A DNA stretch of 64,000 nt from Amoebophrya sp. A120 (lineage: Eukaryota; Protista; Dinoflagellata): the NCBI GenBank assembly GCA_905178155.1, contig CAJINV010000003.1, positions 11,334,733 through 11,398,732 of the forward strand, in the 5' to 3' direction. A program made the translations under genes and the position numbers. Shown here piece by piece: positions 60,401-64,000 of the stretch; the first letter of the stretch is position 1; every line of letters begins with the position of its first letter. The notes beneath the pieces are model-generated. The model had not been told where the DNA came from and searched no databases. It saw nothing but the letters and a program-made list of their open reading frames with translations.

Positions 60401-63400
60401 GCTCCACCGGATGGAAACGGAATAGCTTGCCCTGGTGGACGAAAAGCGATTCGCTCCGTCTTAGTGCCTGCGCAACTTGCTGTGGAAGATACTCTACGTC
60501 GCGTAATAAGCGGCCCTCAAATAAGGTCAGAGGTCACGAGGCAACATTTGACGCCCGGACGCTTGACGACAGAGCCTGACGCGCGTGACGTCGTATGGGC
60601 TAAGCACTAACTGAACCGAAACCATGCCGCGCGGAGCAAAAAGAATTTGGCAGGCAGACTAGCCTCTGTCCGCACTGTAAAGACCCTTGCATGCTAACCC
60701 CAATGCCGGCGACACAAAAGCATCGGGGGGCTATCTGCCCTCTGCGTTTCTAAAAAGGGAGCTAGCGCGGTTCTTTTGCAAAAATTCCGAGGGGCTAGCC
60801 GCCCTTTGCATTTTGTAAAGGAGATCTAGCCCGTGCCCGGTCCTGGGGCAAAAATTTCGGGTAGCTAACCTCCCTTTGCATTTCAAAGAGGGAGGCTAGC
60901 TCGGTCCCTGGGCAAAAATTTCGAGTGGCTAACCTCCCTTTGCATTTCAAAAAGGGAGGTTAGCCCGGTCCCTGGGCAAAAATTTCGGGTAGCTAGCCTT
61001 CCTTTGCATTGCATTTCAAAAAGGGGAGTTAGCCCTTGAGCAAAAATTTCGAAGGGCTAACCGCCCTTTTCATTTTTAAAAGGGCGGCTAGGAAAAATGA
61101 ATTGGCGGGCTTTTGCTAGCCGCCCTGTTCAACATGAAAAGGGCGGTTAGGAAAAAAAAGCGCGCGGCCACGCACTCCCTTTCACACACTGTGCGCGCAC
61201 ATGATGCCGGCGTGGTGGGAGTAAAAAAAATTTTCGCGCGCTGCGCGCGCCCGAGTCGTAACCTTCTTTCTTCGGGATTTAGCGCCTGGGCAAAAATTTC
61301 AATGTGCTAACCTCTGTTTGCATTTCAAAAAGGAAGGTTAGGAAAAATGAATTCGCGCACTTTTCCTTTTGCTAACCGCCCTTTTCAAAATGAAAAAGGC
61401 GGCTAGAAAAAAAAAATCTGGCCGCTTTCCCAGGCTCAGCCTGGAAAAACGGCACATTTTTTTTTCCTAGCCGTCCTTTTCATTTTGAAAAGGGCGGCTA
61501 CGAAAAAGGCGCCAGTTCATTTTTCCTACCCTCCCTTTTTCAAATCTCGTTCTCTTCTCGTGCCCAAGCCGTGGCTGCCCATTACCTGAAAAAGTATTGA
61601 GCTTGTGAAAATTTAAGTGGTTCTTTTCTAGCAGCCAGGCTGTGCAAGTTGCGGCAGATGCACTATCACAAGGAAAAGCAAACGATACGCATCGCAAACG
61701 CAAAAACCTGCTTGCGTTTTTTATTGTCCGGAAAGGAGAGCAATCAGTAGCGCCACTCGTCGCGCACGCAGCATGGGATTGCGGCGGGCGAGGAGTAGGT
61801 TTATTTTCCGGTTTTCAGTTGCATTCCTCGTTTTTTCTGTTCAGTTCTTGTGCCTGGGCTGTGCAGTTGCCGCAGACGCGCTACGCCAGTGATTAAGCGT
61901 ATGCATCTTTGCATCTTGTTACACGGAAGCAACTTGCGCTGTTTGTTCTACGGAAATAAAGGGCGCACGCCTGCCGCACAAGGACGAGCACCAGACGCAG
62001 CGCACAAAGGTTCCGACGCTTTTTTGTTTTCCATTCCTAGTCGTCAGCGACTCGCGCTCGCTAAAATTATTCCGAGCGATGGGGCGTCAAATGTCTGGAC
62101 TTATGAAAGGGCCTGCGCAACTTGCTGTGGAAGATACACGCCCAATCTTCGGACGGGCTCGAGCTGCAACACTGCTATTAGGTCCAACCCATCTTGCGTT
62201 TCCATGATCGCTTCTGCGACGACAACCCTGCTGGACAAGGGTCGTTGTGGTTCGTTCCGGGAGCGCGACTCGACGTCCCCAACTTCTTCTCCGCCGAGAG
62301 AGGATATTTTTGCCATGTTTAGCCCTGACGTCGTAACGGCGCCCCGTCTGTTGTTCGTGGTTCGGCGGGCGCCCGCGTTGGTTGAGGTTCTATAATTCGC
62401 TGCTACTGGAGGTTCTGGTTGTATCGTCGTCGCCCGATCTTTGCCTTCTCGTGTAGTACCAGCTGCGCCGGTCAGTTGTAGCTGGCCGACCTTATGCTGT
62501 GAATAAATGGAAAAACCGAACGCGGGATTTAAAAGGTCCGGGGCCCCCTCACTGGCCCCCGCCTCGTCTCCGTTTTCACTGCCCACATCAAACAACTTTC
62601 GGCGTCGTTTGCCATTGTGGTTCCGGCATCTTCGGGCACGCTTTCTCGTACTCCTCCGGATCTTATCGTAAGGAAAAATGCCTCCTCCTCCCCATATCCA
62701 AAAGAAAATTTGTAATGCTGCTTTGTGGCCACAAAGACAAATCAGCTCTGTCTTGTGTACAAGGCAAACGGTACCCCTGTGGCGCATTGTGCAGCGAGTC
62801 TGTCATGCGTTTTCGCCTATGTCAGACTTGTCTCTCATTCTCAGCTGCTAGCCGGATGCGCACGCAAATCTTCAATGAGGATGAGCTTAGATCATGCCGA
62901 CAAGCTCTTGCTGCAATACAAAGCTCATCTGTGCACACCAATCCAGCAACACAATTTGTCTTTTGAATATGGGGTGCGGGCTCATCTTTTCACTTCGATA
63001 GATGTGCAGCTCCTCGTTGTGATCCCCTGCTTTGCCTCCAGCGTGTTTACTCACGGTACTAGTCGCGGCCGTTTCCTTGTCAAGATGAAGAGACGCTCCA
63101 GCTGCAGCTCCTCCCTCGACTTTAGGTCCTGGCTTTAGAGAACACGAGGACCTACTCTCCTCTTTACTTCTGGTAGTCTCGACCTCTCCGGGCGGAGCGT
63201 TGCTCGAAGTCAATGTCGAAGCCAGTTTCAATACGGAAGACGAAGAAGTGCCATCTCCTCCGCTGATGGCAATTTTTGAAGCCGAATTGCTTCCGTCTTC
63301 AGCCACTGGCTCCGGTTCAGGAGAAATTGTCGCACCGGCAAGCAAAACCGCACCCGCTCTCGACTCGGCGCGAAACTTCAATATTGGCCCGATGTCGTGG

Positions 63401-63558
63401 TCCGCATCTTTCTCAGCGTTTTCGAGTAGAAGCGAAGTTGCAACGTCTGCAGGCCTAACACGCCTTCTCTTCGACGACGCCAAGCTCTCGCGTTGTATGG
63501 GAATGCCAGATGGAGGTGGGAAATTTGTATATAGAAATGGAAAAATGTAGTTTGTCAT
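57426..63558 (-). CDS. La-motif + RRM + xRRM-like RNA-binding protein (La/LARP7-like); 5' part uncertain
   Basis: Spliced product contains DGLDLIAVLQLEPVRRLGVYLPQQVAQALRRSESLFVHQGKLFRFHP (La-motif C-half), RTLYVENAP (RNP2), IRMSPHPRTNRPAAHVFLEFES (RNP1) and a second RRM ending EQLNYFNDV (xRRM helix-like). Six introns between 57600 and 62112 restore the frame; frame upstream of ~62690 unresolved. Confidence 0.75.
57600..57929. mobile_element. Introner
   Basis: TATCATGATGAAAAACCC..TCCACGTA ... TACGTGGA..GGATTTTTCCTCACAATA; flanks CCGTA/CCGCA. Confidence 0.85.
58019..58292. mobile_element. Introner (reverse-oriented member of the 15450/59257 family)
   Basis: TATGCATTGCAAATATGTCTGGGTCTGGAA ... 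TTCCAGACCCGGACATACTTGCATTTTTTGATA; flanks GCAAA/GCGAA. Confidence 0.88.
58631..58842. mobile_element. Introner
   Basis: Degenerate TIR; perfect CCAAC flanks; removal gives VPQVGRFTAMEQ. Confidence 0.85.
59257..59507. mobile_element. Introner
   Basis: Near-perfect 31-bp TIR TATCAAATGTAAAAATGTCTGGGTCTGGAAG; perfect CCCGA flanks; removal gives GLRGPTSQMPD. Confidence 0.95.
59774..59893. mobile_element. Introner (120 bp)
   Basis: TATCCACAGAAAAAAA..ACCCATCCACATCCATT and its reverse complement; perfect GCGGA flanks; removal rebuilds the RRM segment SPHPRTNRPAAHVFLEF. Confidence 0.95.
60522..62103. mobile_element. TIR element carrying a hairpin array, inside the intron 60468-62112
   Basis: TAAGGTCAG..ACATTTGACGCCC ... 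GGGCGTCAAATGTCTGGACTTA; flanks TCAAA/TGAAA. Confidence 0.75.
60730..61545. repeat. Array of ~11 hairpin repeats GCTAACCTCCCTTT-N9-AAAGGGAGGTTAGC
   Basis: Stems up to 14 bp; the first units recur at ~63-bp period with spacer CCGGTCCCTGGGCAAAAATTTCG. Confidence 0.92.
62695..62969. mobile_element. Introner-like TIR element with inverted rather than direct flanks
   Basis: TATCCAAAAGAAAATTTG ... CAATTTGTCTTTTGAATA; flanks CCCCA/TGGGG. Confidence 0.75.
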
Positions 63559-64000
63559 GCTAGTCAGCCGACCGCACGGTACCCACTAGGCACGAGCGAC
63601 TTGTGCTGTGCCCTGGTAGGTTCTTTCCTGCAGCACACTTGTTCAGTTCATGCGTTACTATTGTAGTCGAAAGTGATTTTCGCACCCAGCATTTTTTCCG
63701 TATGTTGCACGTCATGGCTTTGCCTTTGGCTTTGGCTTCCGCTGCCCAAGACAACGCTCTCCTCCCCGCTGATGCCCGCCTTGCCTTCCACCGCATATCG
63801 TCCATCATGATCATCTTCCCCCTCGTTCGTCCTCCGGGGTCCTCCAACGCCGGTCCCAGGACTGCGTACCGGCACCAAAGCACTCGCATCCGGATCCGTC
63901 TCTCTCGTCTCCGTTGCTGCCGCGCCAACACTTTTTATCTCTGGTTTGTCTGCGGGCCTTTGGCTTTGGCTTTGCTTTGCCGCCTTGCCGGATGCGTTTG

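Noticed and set aside
60730-61545. CRISPR array
   Set aside because: Repeats are palindromic, but spacers repeat one another, the context is a eukaryotic intron, and no cas genes are present.

Overview
Eukaryotic, dinoflagellate-type genomic DNA. An exact 22-nt dinoflagellate spliced-leader sequence lies at 54203-54224, and the intron style points to a syndinian parasite such as Amoebophrya (inference). All recognisable genes are on the minus strand. The ORF track is fragmented by about 30 non-canonical introns. Almost all are MITE-like 'introner' elements with TAY...RTA terminal inverted repeats, and most are flanked by 5-bp direct repeats. Removing an element plus one repeat copy restores the reading frame, which allowed manual reconstruction of: (1) a ~2,560-aa, 13-exon protein (23565->5080) built of amphipathic-helix modules separated by S-phi-x-[QE] motifs; (2) a related 1,142-aa exon (37848->34420) with probable further exons; (3) a ~1,560-aa membrane protein with two Frag1/DRAM/Sfk1-like domains (53541->44194); (4) an ankyrin-repeat protein; (5) a La-motif/RRM/xRRM (La/LARP7-like) protein. 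The most notable observations: tandem twin introners share one target site (zero-length exon), one family is spliced in both orientations, some introns have no usable GT/AG or G at the junction, one intron appears to have arisen by a 27-bp tandem duplication of an AG|GC site, and large GC-rich insertions built from palindrome arrays are nested inside introners. All splicing is inferred from frame restoration, not from transcripts.
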